Origin: Alphaproteobacteria bacterium
Lineage (GTDB): Bacteria; Pseudomonadota; Alphaproteobacteria; SHNJ01
NCBI GenBank assembly: GCA_004295055.1
Contig: SHNJ01000007.1
Span: 73,081-137,080, forward strand
Direction: 5' to 3'
DNA: 64,000 nucleotides
The position numbers and the translations under genes were made by a program. This document shows, piece after piece, positions 47,147-57,225 of this stretch; positions within the stretch are counted from its first letter, which is position 1, and each line of letters begins with the position of its first letter. The notes beneath the pieces were generated by a model. That model saw only the letters and a list, made by a program, of their open reading frames with translations. It did no database searches and was not told the DNA's origin.

Positions 47147-48172
47147 TTACGCACGGATACGACTTCTGTGACATGCGGCTAATGTACGTACCACATCTGG
47201 AGTTAAGACACCAATTTTCATTTCATGCTTTTCATAACTGAGCGGTTTACCACCAAGCGCTGCCAGAGCATGTTGTAATAATGTATTATCGCTTGCAACC
47301 TTAACATCTATGTTGCCTGCAGGAGGAATGCCCATTTGATGAGCGGCTTCGGCCAATAATATGCGCGCAAGTGCTTCCGGACTTTTTGCATGCTCATGTT
47401 CGATTAATTGGGGGTCGTTTTGGGTAATAGCCAGATTAGCGATATGTAATCCGGCGGCGGCATTAAAGGTAGAATAGCTAGTATAGCCGCTAAGTGTGTT
47501 AGCATGACCATTATCACCAAAAGAAACCGCGATTTCATGGGGCTGCAATACCGATAAGGCAGGCATAGTTTCCAATCTTGTTACATCACCAGACAATCGT
47601 CTATGTTCCATAACTTGGGCACAGGATACGCGCCAACTGCCCATATCTTCCGGAAATTTTGCGCCGACTTTTTCATACATGGTGATTGCGGCTTGATTTA
47701 CTTTATCGACTTCCCATACAATTTTGGAATGACCAGCCTGTTCCGCTAAATTGGCCAAATATTCCATCATAATGCGGCCATAACCATGACCGCGACGAGT
47801 ATGATCGGTAACAATGTCTTCTAAGTATAAATGACGGTTCTTGCCATCATGGCCGGGATAAATGGTAATAACACCAGCTACGGCATTTTGTACCGTCAAA
47901 AAATGCGCGCCCCAAACACCATTCTGAAGGTGGTCGATTAAACGTCTGCGATAGGAAGGTTCTGTGGGAAGAGGAGTGTCGTGTTGTTTGCCTTGTTGAT
48001 CCAGAAGTTCGATCAAACCTTCCAAATGGGCAGGGCTGCCATTGAACGGTTCAATAATACCTGTGCTTCTATCTTTTAATTCAACGGTAACAGGGGTAGT
48101 TGTAATGGGAAGTGCCATGCGCCCTGGAAGAGGCTCAGTAGTCGTAACGGTGGCGGGTACCGTATTAGTCAT
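47147..48172 (-). CDS. GNAT-family N-acetyltransferase with extra N- and C-terminal regions
   Basis: Acetyl-CoA-binding motif RRGHGYGRIMMEYLANLAEQAGHSKI; 12-nt spacing to the downstream deacetylase. Confidence 0.65.
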   Translation of the reverse strand: MTNTVPATVTTTEPLPGRMALPITTTPVTVELKDRSTGIIEPFNGSPAHLEGLIELLDQQGKQHDTPLPTEPSYRRRLIDHLQNGVWGAHFLTVQNAVAGVITIYPGHDGKNRHLYLEDIVTDHTRRGHGYGRIMMEYLANLAEQAGHSKIVWEVDKVNQAAITMYEKVGAKFPEDMGSWRVSCAQVMEHRRLSGDVTRLETMPALSVLQPHEIAVSFGDNGHANTLSGYTSYSTFNAAAGLHIANLAITQNDPQLIEHEHAKSPEALARILLAEAAHQMGIPPAGNIDVKVASDNTLLQHALAALGGKPLSYEKHEMKIGVLTPDVVRTLAACHRSRIRA

Positions 48173-48471
48173 TATTTTTATATCCCCTGTAACAAATTAG
48201 CAATATCTTTAAAGGATTCATTATATTTAAATCGATTGTAAAATCAACATAATAATAGGTGTTTACGCAAGCCTTATTTACACTTTCTTCTCTACATCAG
48301 TAACTTATCCACAGACCAGTATAAGGACTTTTCATTAATTTCAAATAGTTAGAAATAATCATCCTTATCAGAAGCTAATTTACTGTCGTACATTTTAGCT
48401 AATTTAAACTATTTGCTAACCTCACGCCTATAAGCTGGACCCATAAAACAAACAAAGAACAGGGTTCGGTT

Positions 48472-48885
48472 ATGTACTTCAATCTTTCGCGCTATATGTG
48501 CCGTTTTGTATTTTTCGCCATCACCGGATCGGTGCGCATGGTGACCAGCTTGGCCTTTTTACCGGTCAAGATTTCTTACAAATTATTGGCCCTGACTTGC
48601 GGCGGTTTGGCATTTGCTGCCGTTAATCCAGCCCGTAAGGCAATTCAAAATAAATTCTTTCCGCCTGTACCGCCAAAACGCTATATGAAAGTGGGCAAGC
48701 CCGCTGTTGCGCCTATCACGGCCAGTGCTGTTAACCGCCCATCCTTAGGCGATGTCGCGCCAGTCATGTATGCCTATAGAAACGTGGCCAGTGTTGATGC
48801 GGCTATGGATCATATGAAACGCAGCTTGATCCAAAAACAAATCTTCCGCGCCAAATTTGCGGATGTGGTTCAGGTGGGCGCTTAG
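48472..48885 (+). CDS. Hypothetical membrane protein
   Basis: Two predicted TM helices at the N-terminus; no family assigned. Confidence 0.3.
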   Translation: MYFNLSRYMCRFVFFAITGSVRMVTSLAFLPVKISYKLLALTCGGLAFAAVNPARKAIQNKFFPPVPPKRYMKVGKPAVAPITASAVNRPSLGDVAPVMYAYRNVASVDAAMDHMKRSLIQKQIFRAKFADVVQVGA

Positions 48886-49652
48886 TTCAATTCAATAACA
48901 ACCGGCGTGTGGTCGGATGGTTTTTCCCATCCGCGCGGGGTTTTGTCGATAGTTGCGGATTTTAATCGCTGCGCCGCATAGGCATTGGCGAACAAATAAT
49001 CGATCCGGAATCCTAAATTGCGTTCGAATCCGCCAGCGCGGTAATCCCACCAAGAAAATTCATGCGCGCCTGGATTCATCGCGCGATAGCAATCGACCAA
49101 GCCAAGATTGACAATGCTGTGTAACGCCGCGCGTTCAGGATCGGAAAATAAAACTTCGCCACGACAAACCTTGGCATCGAAAACATCGATATCCTGCATT
49201 GCGACGTTGAAATCGCCGCCAATGACAACTTTACGTTCGGTTGCAAGGGCGAGGGCGATGTGTGCGCGCAACCGTTCATAAAATTTCATCTTATAAGCGA
49301 ATTTGTCTGAACCAACCGCCTGGCCATTCGGCACATAGATATTGATCAATCGCCAGCCATCCGGCAAATCGACTTCGATATATCTCGCTTGTAAATCCTC
49401 ATCATCGCCGGGCAGGGCAGAATGGACTACTTTGGATTTGATGCGCGATAGGATCGCGACGCCATTATAGGTTTTCTGGCCCACAAGTTCTGCGTGATAT
49501 CCAAGCCCTGTGAAATCGAGCGCGGGAAAATCCTCCGCCACGCATTTCAATTCCTGCAACATAACCACATCGGGTTGCGCGTCATGCATCCAGCGCATCA
49601 AATGCTCGCGTCTGGATTTTATGGAATTAACGTTCCAACAAGCTATTTTCAT
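48882..49652 (-). CDS. xthA: Exodeoxyribonuclease III
   Basis: MKIACWNVNSIKSR N-terminus and the EEP nuclease motif pattern. Confidence 0.92.
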   Translation of the reverse strand: MKIACWNVNSIKSRREHLMRWMHDAQPDVVMLQELKCVAEDFPALDFTGLGYHAELVGQKTYNGVAILSRIKSKVVHSALPGDDEDLQARYIEVDLPDGWRLINIYVPNGQAVGSDKFAYKMKFYERLRAHIALALATERKVVIGGDFNVAMQDIDVFDAKVCRGEVLFSDPERAALHSIVNLGLVDCYRAMNPGAHEFSWWDYRAGGFERNLGFRIDYLFANAYAAQRLKSATIDKTPRGWEKPSDHTPVVIELN

Positions 49653-49655
49653 TAT

Positions 49656-50210
49656 TTACGCTGCGGTGCGACGGCGAGAACGGGTATGAACGGCTTCGTT
49701 ATCTTGATGCTGGCGGAAACGCTCTTCTAAGATGGCATTATTGGCGCGGATCGCCTCGTTTTGAATTTTTGCGGCTTGTTGTTCGGTCAAAGAACCATTC
49801 GCCCGTATTTCCTTTGCGCCAGAAAACATCGCATTGGCAAAAGCAGTATTGCCCGACATTTGGGCAATGTCCCGGGCTGCGTCGATAATTTGCGGATTGC
49901 GCACGCCAACCAAAGCTTCTGCAACTTCTTTTAGGTTTCCATTATAAGCCGCATGCAATAATTGCCGTTCCATCGGGCTTAACGCCATGTTGGTTCCAGC
50001 CAAAGTATTTTCCAGAATTTCCAACATCATTGGAATATTTTTGGTGCGCACGGCTTCGGCATAACCGGAATCTAAATCCAAACGCAAATTGCCAATATTT
50101 TGATTCGCCCCAGGATTTGGATTGGCGCCTCTTTCAACGGCGGATTCATATGCTTCGCGGTCGCCATGAGTGATGGCGGTTAAAGCTTCTTCATCTCTAA
50201 TGCGATCCAT
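49656..50210 (-). CDS. Hypothetical protein co-transcribed with xthA
   Basis: 4-nt gap to xthA; helical composition; no family assigned. Confidence 0.4.
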   Translation of the reverse strand: MDRIRDEEALTAITHGDREAYESAVERGANPNPGANQNIGNLRLDLDSGYAEAVRTKNIPMMLEILENTLAGTNMALSPMERQLLHAAYNGNLKEVAEALVGVRNPQIIDAARDIAQMSGNTAFANAMFSGAKEIRANGSLTEQQAAKIQNEAIRANNAILEERFRQHQDNEAVHTRSRRRTAA

Positions 50211-50219
50211 AACTCTCTC

Positions 50220-50555
50220 CTATATTGAAAAACTGACGCCGCAACCGCAACCGCTGGCGGCGTTGGGATTTTTAACTGAAAAATACGCGCCGATCATTTC
50301 TTCGACATAATCGATGCGGCTGCCTTTGACCAATTCCAAGGATATCGGATCGATCACCAATGCCATGCCGTTATGTTCGAATAAAAGGTCATCATCGGCC
50401 TTTTTATCATCGAAATCGAAAACATAGGAAAAGCCGGAACATCCACCCGAATCCACCCGTAGGCGCAACATCAGGGCCGGATTTTTCTCGGTTTCCCGCA
50501 TTTCGGCGATCCGTTTGGCGGCATTATCGGTCAAAGTAACGCTGTCGTTCATCAA
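50220..50555 (-). CDS. erpA: Iron-sulfur cluster insertion protein (ErpA/IscA, HesB family)
   Basis: C-terminal CGCGVSF motif and conserved Cys in GGCSGFSY. Confidence 0.85.
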   Translation of the reverse strand: MMNDSVTLTDNAAKRIAEMRETEKNPALMLRLRVDSGGCSGFSYVFDFDDKKADDDLLFEHNGMALVIDPISLELVKGSRIDYVEEMIGAYFSVKNPNAASGCGCGVSFSI

Positions 50556-50676
50556 AACCCCATATATTCTTATGGGTAATGTAATTAATTATGGAAAAAA
50601 GTCAATTTTTTCAGCAATAAACTTGCTCAATAATCGCAATATGCTAGCTTAATCCGCTTAGAAAAATAAGGGTATT

Positions 50677-51885
50677 ATGGCTGTTCGAAATATTAAATCG
50701 CCTGCTGGCGTTGCGAATGAAAATAGGTCCAAAGATCTGGCTGTGTATGCCTGCAGCGCGGCGAACAGCCGCGGCCGGCTGATTCGCGAACCATTGCCAT
50801 CCAACCGCACAGAATTTCAACGCGACCGAGACAGGATTATTCACTCCGGTGCGTTTCGCAAGCTGGAATATAAAACCCAAGTCTTCGTCAATCACGAAGG
50901 CGATTATTACAGAACGCGTTTGACCCACTCATTAGAAGTCGCGCAAATCGCGCGTTCTATTTCCCGCAATTTGCAATTGGACGAAGATCTGGCCGAAGCC
51001 TGCGCGCTGGCGCATGATCTTGGCCACACGCCATTTGGCCACGCGGGCGAAGATGCGTTGAACGAAGTGATGGAATCATTCGGCGGGTTTGATCATAATG
51101 ATCAAACGTTGCGTGTATTGACGCAACTGGAAAAACGCTATGCGAAATTCGATGGGCTGAATCTAACCTTTGAAACGCTGGAAGGCGTTGTGAAGCATAA
51201 CGGGCCAATGGGCAAAAAAACATTGCCGACAACTATCGCGGCCTACAGCAAAAAACATGATTTGAAATTGAACACCCATCCAAGTGCGGAGGCGCAAGTC
51301 GCGGCGCTGGCGGATGATATCGCCTATTGTAACCACGATATCGATGATGGCATTCGCGCGGGATTATTCACCATCGATGATTTGCAATCCGTGTCGATTA
51401 TTTCTGGCGTTATTGCACGGGTGCGTAAATCTTATCCAAAAATTGATACAGACCGATTGATGCACGAAGCCATCCGCGAAATGATTGGCAATATGGTTTC
51501 GGATGTACTGGCTGAAACTCGCCGCCGCTTGAAAAAAATCGCGCCGGAATCGGTCGATGATATTCGCGGCGCCAAAATGCCGGTAGTGGCGTTTTCGAAA
51601 TCGATGCAGGAAAATTTGCTGGAATTAAAACAATTCCTGATGCGCCGCATGTATCGCCATTACCGCGTCAACCGGATGACCAGCAAGGCGCGGCGCGTGG
51701 TGCGGGAATTATTCATGATTTTGTTGGCCGAACCGGAATGTTTGCCGGAATCCTGGCAAGATGATATGCAAGGCCAGAATGAAAAAACCCGCGCGCGCAT
51801 TGTCGCGGATTATATTGCGGGCATGACCGATCGCTATGCGCTCGACGAACACCGACGATTGTTCGATTTATACGCCAAAAGCTAG
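50677..51885 (+). CDS. dgt: dGTP triphosphohydrolase-like HD-domain protein
   Basis: YRTRLTHSLEVAQIARSI and HDLGHTPFGHAGE HD motifs. Confidence 0.88.
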   Translation: MAVRNIKSPAGVANENRSKDLAVYACSAANSRGRLIREPLPSNRTEFQRDRDRIIHSGAFRKLEYKTQVFVNHEGDYYRTRLTHSLEVAQIARSISRNLQLDEDLAEACALAHDLGHTPFGHAGEDALNEVMESFGGFDHNDQTLRVLTQLEKRYAKFDGLNLTFETLEGVVKHNGPMGKKTLPTTIAAYSKKHDLKLNTHPSAEAQVAALADDIAYCNHDIDDGIRAGLFTIDDLQSVSIISGVIARVRKSYPKIDTDRLMHEAIREMIGNMVSDVLAETRRRLKKIAPESVDDIRGAKMPVVAFSKSMQENLLELKQFLMRRMYRHYRVNRMTSKARRVVRELFMILLAEPECLPESWQDDMQGQNEKTRARIVADYIAGMTDRYALDEHRRLFDLYAKS

Positions 51886-51924
51886 TTCCTATAATCAACC
51901 CAATTTAAATAAAAGCCTATTGTA

Positions 51925-53694
51925 ATGACCAATATCTTTAATGATTTTAAAAATAAAATTGAAAAAATAATTCAGGATCTGAATGCGGCAGGGGAATTAC
52001 CCGGTCAGTTGGATTTATCCAAAATTACCGCCGAACCGCCGCGCGATCCATCGCATGGGGATATTTCCACCAATGTGGCGATGGTATTGAGTAAACAAGT
52101 TAGTCTCTCCCCAAAAGCTACCGCAGATATAATTCTGCCTATTGTCAGTGGATTGCCATATGTTCAATCTGCTGAAACAGTGGGGCCAGGTTTTATTAAT
52201 TTGCGATCGCAAAAAAGTATGTGGCAAAGCCATTTAGCAGAAATTTTGAATGCTGGAACTAATTACGGTTTTGAGAATATTGGCAAGGGCGAGCCCATCA
52301 ACGTTGAATTCGTATCCGCGAATCCAACCGGGCCAATGCATGTGGGCCATGGGCGCGGCGCGGTGTTTGGCGATACATTATCGACATTATTGGAAAAAAC
52401 CGGATACAAAGTCACGCGTGAATATTATCTGAACGATGCCGGTGCGCAGGTGGAAAAATTATCGCGCACTTTGCATCTTCGGTATCGCGAACATTTTGGC
52501 GAAAATATCGGTGAAATTCCCGCCGGGCTTTATCCGGCCGAATATATGAAGGAAGTTGCGGCGGCACTGGCAGAACGTGACGGCAAAAAATGGTTGGGCA
52601 AGGAAGAACCGGAATGGTTGGAACCGTTGCGCCAATTTGCGGTGAATCATATTCTTGGCTGGATCAAGGACGATTTAAAATTTCTTGGGGTGCGGCACGA
52701 TGTGTTTTCCAGTGAATTTGAATTAATCAAGGCCGGTAAAGTCGATGTGATGATCAAACGCCTGCAGGATTTAGGGTTGTTGTATGTCGGCGTGCTGGAA
52801 CCGCCAAAGGGCAAAAAGCCGGACGATTGGGAACCGCGCCCGCAAACATTGTTTCAATCGACCAAATTTGGCGACGATATCGACCGCCCGTTAAAAAAAT
52901 CGGATGGCAGCAATACCTATTTCGCCAATGACGTTGCATATCATTATGATAAATATCTTCGTACAGGCAAGAATCTGGTCAATTGCCTTGGCGCGGATCA
53001 TGGCGGCTATGTTCGCCGTATTACTGCCGCGACCAAGGCCGTCAGCAATGGCGAGGCGGAGCTGGATTGCAAGCTGAATCAACTAATCAATATCATGCGT
53101 AATGGCGAACCGGTGCGTATGTCCAAACGGGCAGGGACGTTTGTAACCTTGCGCGATGTGCTTGAGGATGTGGGTAAGGATGTATTCCGCTTCGTTATTA
53201 TGACCCGCAAAAACGATGTGGCCTTTGATTTCGATTTGGTGAAGGTCAAGGAACAATCCAAGGATAACCCAGTATTTTATGTTCAATACGCTCATGCCCG
53301 GATCTGTTCGGTTATGCGGCATGCGGCGGAAATGTTCGGCGCGGCGACGATTGCCACAGACCAACTTAAAAAAGCCAATTTTAGCCTGTTGAATGATGAA
53401 GCCGAAATGGGGCTGATCAAGCTGATGGCCGCGTGGCCGCGCGCTATCGAGGCGGCAGCCTTGGCCCACGAACCGCATCGCCTGTGTTTTTATATTCAGG
53501 ATCTGGCCGCCGCGTTCCATAGCCTGTGGAACAAGGGCAAAGATCACGCCGAGCTGCGATTTTTGATCGAAGGCAAGAAAGATGAAAGCATCGCGCGCCT
53601 GGCTATGATAGAATCGTGCCGTAGTATTATCGAAAGCGGTCTTTCGGTATTCGGTGTTCAAGCAGTAAAAGAAATGAGTGCAAAGGAAGAGTGA
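51925..53694 (+). CDS. argS: Arginine--tRNA ligase
   Basis: HIGH-region SANPTGPMHVGHGR and full-length ArgRS pattern. Confidence 0.95.
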   Translation: MTNIFNDFKNKIEKIIQDLNAAGELPGQLDLSKITAEPPRDPSHGDISTNVAMVLSKQVSLSPKATADIILPIVSGLPYVQSAETVGPGFINLRSQKSMWQSHLAEILNAGTNYGFENIGKGEPINVEFVSANPTGPMHVGHGRGAVFGDTLSTLLEKTGYKVTREYYLNDAGAQVEKLSRTLHLRYREHFGENIGEIPAGLYPAEYMKEVAAALAERDGKKWLGKEEPEWLEPLRQFAVNHILGWIKDDLKFLGVRHDVFSSEFELIKAGKVDVMIKRLQDLGLLYVGVLEPPKGKKPDDWEPRPQTLFQSTKFGDDIDRPLKKSDGSNTYFANDVAYHYDKYLRTGKNLVNCLGADHGGYVRRITAATKAVSNGEAELDCKLNQLINIMRNGEPVRMSKRAGTFVTLRDVLEDVGKDVFRFVIMTRKNDVAFDFDLVKVKEQSKDNPVFYVQYAHARICSVMRHAAEMFGAATIATDQLKKANFSLLNDEAEMGLIKLMAAWPRAIEAAALAHEPHRLCFYIQDLAAAFHSLWNKGKDHAELRFLIEGKKDESIARLAMIESCRSIIESGLSVFGVQAVKEMSAKEE

Positions 53695-53697
53695 CCC

Positions 53698-54744
53698 ATG
53701 ACGGACAATGAATTTCGGATGAATCGCGACGAACGTATTGGTGACGAAGATTCGCCGCGCCGTCCGCGCCGCGTTAAACGTTATGTGGTTCTAATTGTGC
53801 TCCTTGCATTCGTTGGTATCGTATTCTACGCCTTCAGCCAAGGCCAGCAAAATGGCATTAGCGGCGTGACGCCGGTGATCAAAGCCGATGCCGAACCATT
53901 CAAGGTCCGTCCGGATCAGCCAGGTGGTATGGAAATTCCGCACCAGGACAAATTGGTTTATGAGCAGATTCAGGGCAATGAATCAGCCTCCGCCACCGAA
54001 AAATTGGTGCCTGGCCCAGAAAAACCAATTGATCCTGCAACCAAAGTATCGGCAAGCGAATCCGATGCTGGCGATGCCGATCTGGAAATCATTGCTATCG
54101 ACCGTGCCGGTAATGCGCAAAGCAAGCCAGAATCGCTTGCGCTAGCGCCAGCCAAGGAAGTCAATGTTGCCGAAGTGCCAAAACCGGAAACAAAGAAACA
54201 AGAAGCACAAAAACAGCCGGAGATGAAATCCGAGCCAGTTACTGTTCAAGAAGCTAAAAAACCGGAACCAAAGGCGGAACCTGTTAAGCAAGCGAAGAAA
54301 GAGCCTGTGAAAACGGAAACCCTAAAAACAGAAGCCGTGAAAACTGAAACCGCTAAAACCGAGACTGTTAAAACAGAGCCAGTGAAAAAAGCCGAAACGA
54401 CAAAAACTGCGGTAAAAACAGAAAGCAAAAAGACGGCCAGTACGGTGAAAACTGAAAAACCGGCTGCAAGCTCTACGCCAACATCGACGGCCACTGGCGC
54501 GCATAAGATTCAGTTGGCTTCCCTGCCGGATAAAACCCAGGCGGAAAAAGCCGCTGCTTTGTTCAAAAGCAAATATCCAGATGTGCTCAGCAATCGCCGT
54601 TTGAATATTCGTTCCGCCGATATCCCAGGAAAAGGAACATATTACCGTGTTCAGGCTGAAGGATTTGCCGACAAAGCTTCGGCCAGCGCTGCCTGCACAT
54701 CGTTGAAATCCCACGGCCAAGGATGCTTGTATGTCGCCCCATAG
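53698..54744 (+). CDS. SPOR-domain septal peptidoglycan-binding protein with TM anchor and (V/A)KTE-type tandem repeats
   Basis: N-terminal TM segment, Lys/Glu/Thr-rich repeat linker, C-terminal SPOR fold (HKIQLASLPDKTQAE...YYRVQAEGFADKASASAAC). Confidence 0.75.
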   Translation: MTDNEFRMNRDERIGDEDSPRRPRRVKRYVVLIVLLAFVGIVFYAFSQGQQNGISGVTPVIKADAEPFKVRPDQPGGMEIPHQDKLVYEQIQGNESASATEKLVPGPEKPIDPATKVSASESDAGDADLEIIAIDRAGNAQSKPESLALAPAKEVNVAEVPKPETKKQEAQKQPEMKSEPVTVQEAKKPEPKAEPVKQAKKEPVKTETLKTEAVKTETAKTETVKTEPVKKAETTKTAVKTESKKTASTVKTEKPAASSTPTSTATGAHKIQLASLPDKTQAEKAAALFKSKYPDVLSNRRLNIRSADIPGKGTYYRVQAEGFADKASASAACTSLKSHGQGCLYVAP

Positions 54745-55714
54745 CAATCTGCGCCCGGCGATTTTTGGAATTTCTGGCACGGTTCTAACCGATGCCGAGA
54801 AAAAGTTTTTCCAGGAAACCAATCCGGTCGGGGCGATTTTATTCGCGCGCAATATCGAAAGTTTGGATCAAGTTACCGCATTGACAGCGTCATTGCGCGA
54901 GGTAACAGGCAATAAAGATTTGTTGGTACTGATTGATCAAGAAGGCGGCCGCGTAGCGCGATTGAAACCGCCTTTATGGCCCGAATATCCGCCTGCGCGA
55001 ACTTTTGGCGATCTTTATGCCAAAAATCCGGACGATGCTTTGGAAAAAGTATACGACAATTATGTGCGTATTGGGCAGGGATTGCTAGATCTTGGCATTA
55101 ACGTCGACTGTGCTCCGGTGCTGGATATTCCAATTTCAGGGGCGCATGATGTGATCGGTGATCGTGCTTTTGCCGAAAAATCCTGGCCTGTCACCCAATT
55201 GGGCCAAAGCGCCTGTTTGGGTTTGATTGATTCCGGCGTATTGCCGGTGATTAAACATATTCCTGGGCATGGCCGCGCCATGGCCGACAGCCATCATGAA
55301 TTGCCGCGTGTCGATACGGATTATGCAACGTTGAAAACAACCGATTTCGCGCCATTCAAATTTTTATGCGACATGCCGCTCGCCATGACCGCGCATATTC
55401 TGTACACCGATATCGATCCGGAATTGCCGGCGACATTATCACCTAAGATTGTGGAACAGGTCATTCGCGGCGATATTGGTTATTTAGGTGTGTTGATGTC
55501 GGACGATATCGGCATGAAAGCCTTAAAAGGCGATTTCGCCGATTTAACCCGGCAGACGCTTGCGGCTGGATGCGATTTGGTTTTGCATTGCAGCGGCAAA
55601 ATGGATGAAATGTTGGCGGCGGCTTCAGCGTTGCCAAAAGCCATGAATGAACAAAGCGCGCAACGTTTTGAACAAGCGTTACACCTTGTGCTGCACAGTA
55701 AATTGGTGGCTTAG
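54731..55714 (+). CDS. nagZ: Beta-N-acetylhexosaminidase NagZ (GH3)
   Basis: LIDQEGGRVARL and KHIPGHGRAMADSHHELP motifs. Confidence 0.88.
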   Translation: MSPHSNLRPAIFGISGTVLTDAEKKFFQETNPVGAILFARNIESLDQVTALTASLREVTGNKDLLVLIDQEGGRVARLKPPLWPEYPPARTFGDLYAKNPDDALEKVYDNYVRIGQGLLDLGINVDCAPVLDIPISGAHDVIGDRAFAEKSWPVTQLGQSACLGLIDSGVLPVIKHIPGHGRAMADSHHELPRVDTDYATLKTTDFAPFKFLCDMPLAMTAHILYTDIDPELPATLSPKIVEQVIRGDIGYLGVLMSDDIGMKALKGDFADLTRQTLAAGCDLVLHCSGKMDEMLAAASALPKAMNEQSAQRFEQALHLVLHSKLVA

Positions 55715-55717
55715 ACC

Positions 55718-56419
55718 ATGGATACCGGAATTGATTTTTCAACTGTGATTACGGGTTTAGCCCATTGGGGCATACCCGTGCTGCTTGCCATTTGTTTGCA
55801 CGAGGCCGCGCATGGTTATGTCGCCTGGATGCTGGGGGACGATACCGCCAAACGTCTTGGCCGCGTTAGCATCAATCCATTCCGCCATATTCATCCGGTA
55901 GGCACCATTTTATTGCCTGCCATTTTGTTTTTCGCACGCGCCCCGTTTTTGTTTGGCTTTGCGAAACCAGTTCCGGTCAATTTTACCCGCCTGCGCCACC
56001 CCAAAACCGATATGGTTTGGGTTGCCTTGGCCGGGCCAGCCATCAATATTTTTCTGGCTTTTGTTTCGGCGCTTTTATTGCACACGATCGATCTTGCTGG
56101 GCCTTATGCCGATATTTTGCAGGAAAATCTGTCTAATTCCTTTATGGTTAATATTGGCCTTGCAGTTTTCAACATGTTTCCTTTGCCCCCCCTGGATGGT
56201 GGACGAATTATTACTGGAATTCTGCCTTTAAAATGGGCTATACCTTATGCAAAGCTTGAAAGTTATGGGCTATTTATCTTAGTTAGCTTGATTTTTCTGC
56301 TGCCCATGATGGGAGATCGATACGGGCTGGATTTAGACTTATTCAGCCATTTTATGGAAGTCGGGATCGCCAGCTTGGGTAATTTAATTATTTTATTGGC
56401 CGGGGGATTCAGCCATTGA
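55718..56419 (+). CDS. Site-2 protease-family zinc metalloprotease (M50-like membrane protein)
   Basis: HEAAHG zinc-binding motif within a TM helix; multi-TM. Confidence 0.7.
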   Translation: MDTGIDFSTVITGLAHWGIPVLLAICLHEAAHGYVAWMLGDDTAKRLGRVSINPFRHIHPVGTILLPAILFFARAPFLFGFAKPVPVNFTRLRHPKTDMVWVALAGPAINIFLAFVSALLLHTIDLAGPYADILQENLSNSFMVNIGLAVFNMFPLPPLDGGRIITGILPLKWAIPYAKLESYGLFILVSLIFLLPMMGDRYGLDLDLFSHFMEVGIASLGNLIILLAGGFSH

Positions 56420-57225
56420 CGACAACACTTAATCCATCGTTCGAAGCGGATGTTCATCCGCCACAAGCCAGCAATGAAAATACTGGCGGCGAGGGGTTGC
56501 GCGTCGATTTAGGCGGATATGAAGGCCCGTTAGATGTTTTGCTGAATCTTGCCCGCGATCAGAAAATCGATTTGGCGCAAATCAACATTGTCGCCTTGGC
56601 CGATCAATATCTCAGCTTTATTCATTTAGCCAAAAAACAAAATTTGGAAATTGCCGCCGATTATTTGGTCATGGCCGCTTGGCTGACTTATTTAAAATCG
56701 CGTTTGTTGCTGCCAGATCCGCCGCCGGAAGACGAGCCAACACCCGAAGAATTATCCGCGGCCCTGCAATGGCAATTGCAACGTTTGGCGTCGATGCAAA
56801 AGGCTGGCGCGCAATTAATGTCCAAATCGCGTTTGGGAATAGATGTGTTCCGCCGCGCAGAACCAGAAGGCATTCCGGTCGTACATAATTCCGAATATGA
56901 TGTCAGTTTGTATGATTTATTGTCGGCTTATGGCGATTTTAAACAACGGATCACGGCCGCAAAAACATTTACCATCAATCCGGATTTGCTGGAAACCATT
57001 GAGCGCGCAATGGGCCGGTTGCGCCAACGCATGGGTTTGTCGCAACATTGGGAGTCCTTGATTTCTTATCTGCCGACGGAATTATTGCCAGGCGTTGTAG
57101 GAAGATCCTTTATCGCATCGACTTTTGCCGCATCCTTGGAATTGACCAAATCGGGCGAGGCGCAATTGCGCCAGTTGCAAAATTTTGGACCATTATATAT
57201 CCGCAAGAAAAGTGAGACCGCATGA
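56416..57225 (+). CDS. scpA: Segregation and condensation protein A
   Basis: ScpA pattern (LAQINIVALADQYLSFI...YLVMAAWLTYLKSRLLLP). Confidence 0.88.
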   Translation: MTTTLNPSFEADVHPPQASNENTGGEGLRVDLGGYEGPLDVLLNLARDQKIDLAQINIVALADQYLSFIHLAKKQNLEIAADYLVMAAWLTYLKSRLLLPDPPPEDEPTPEELSAALQWQLQRLASMQKAGAQLMSKSRLGIDVFRRAEPEGIPVVHNSEYDVSLYDLLSAYGDFKQRITAAKTFTINPDLLETIERAMGRLRQRMGLSQHWESLISYLPTELLPGVVGRSFIASTFAASLELTKSGEAQLRQLQNFGPLYIRKKSETA

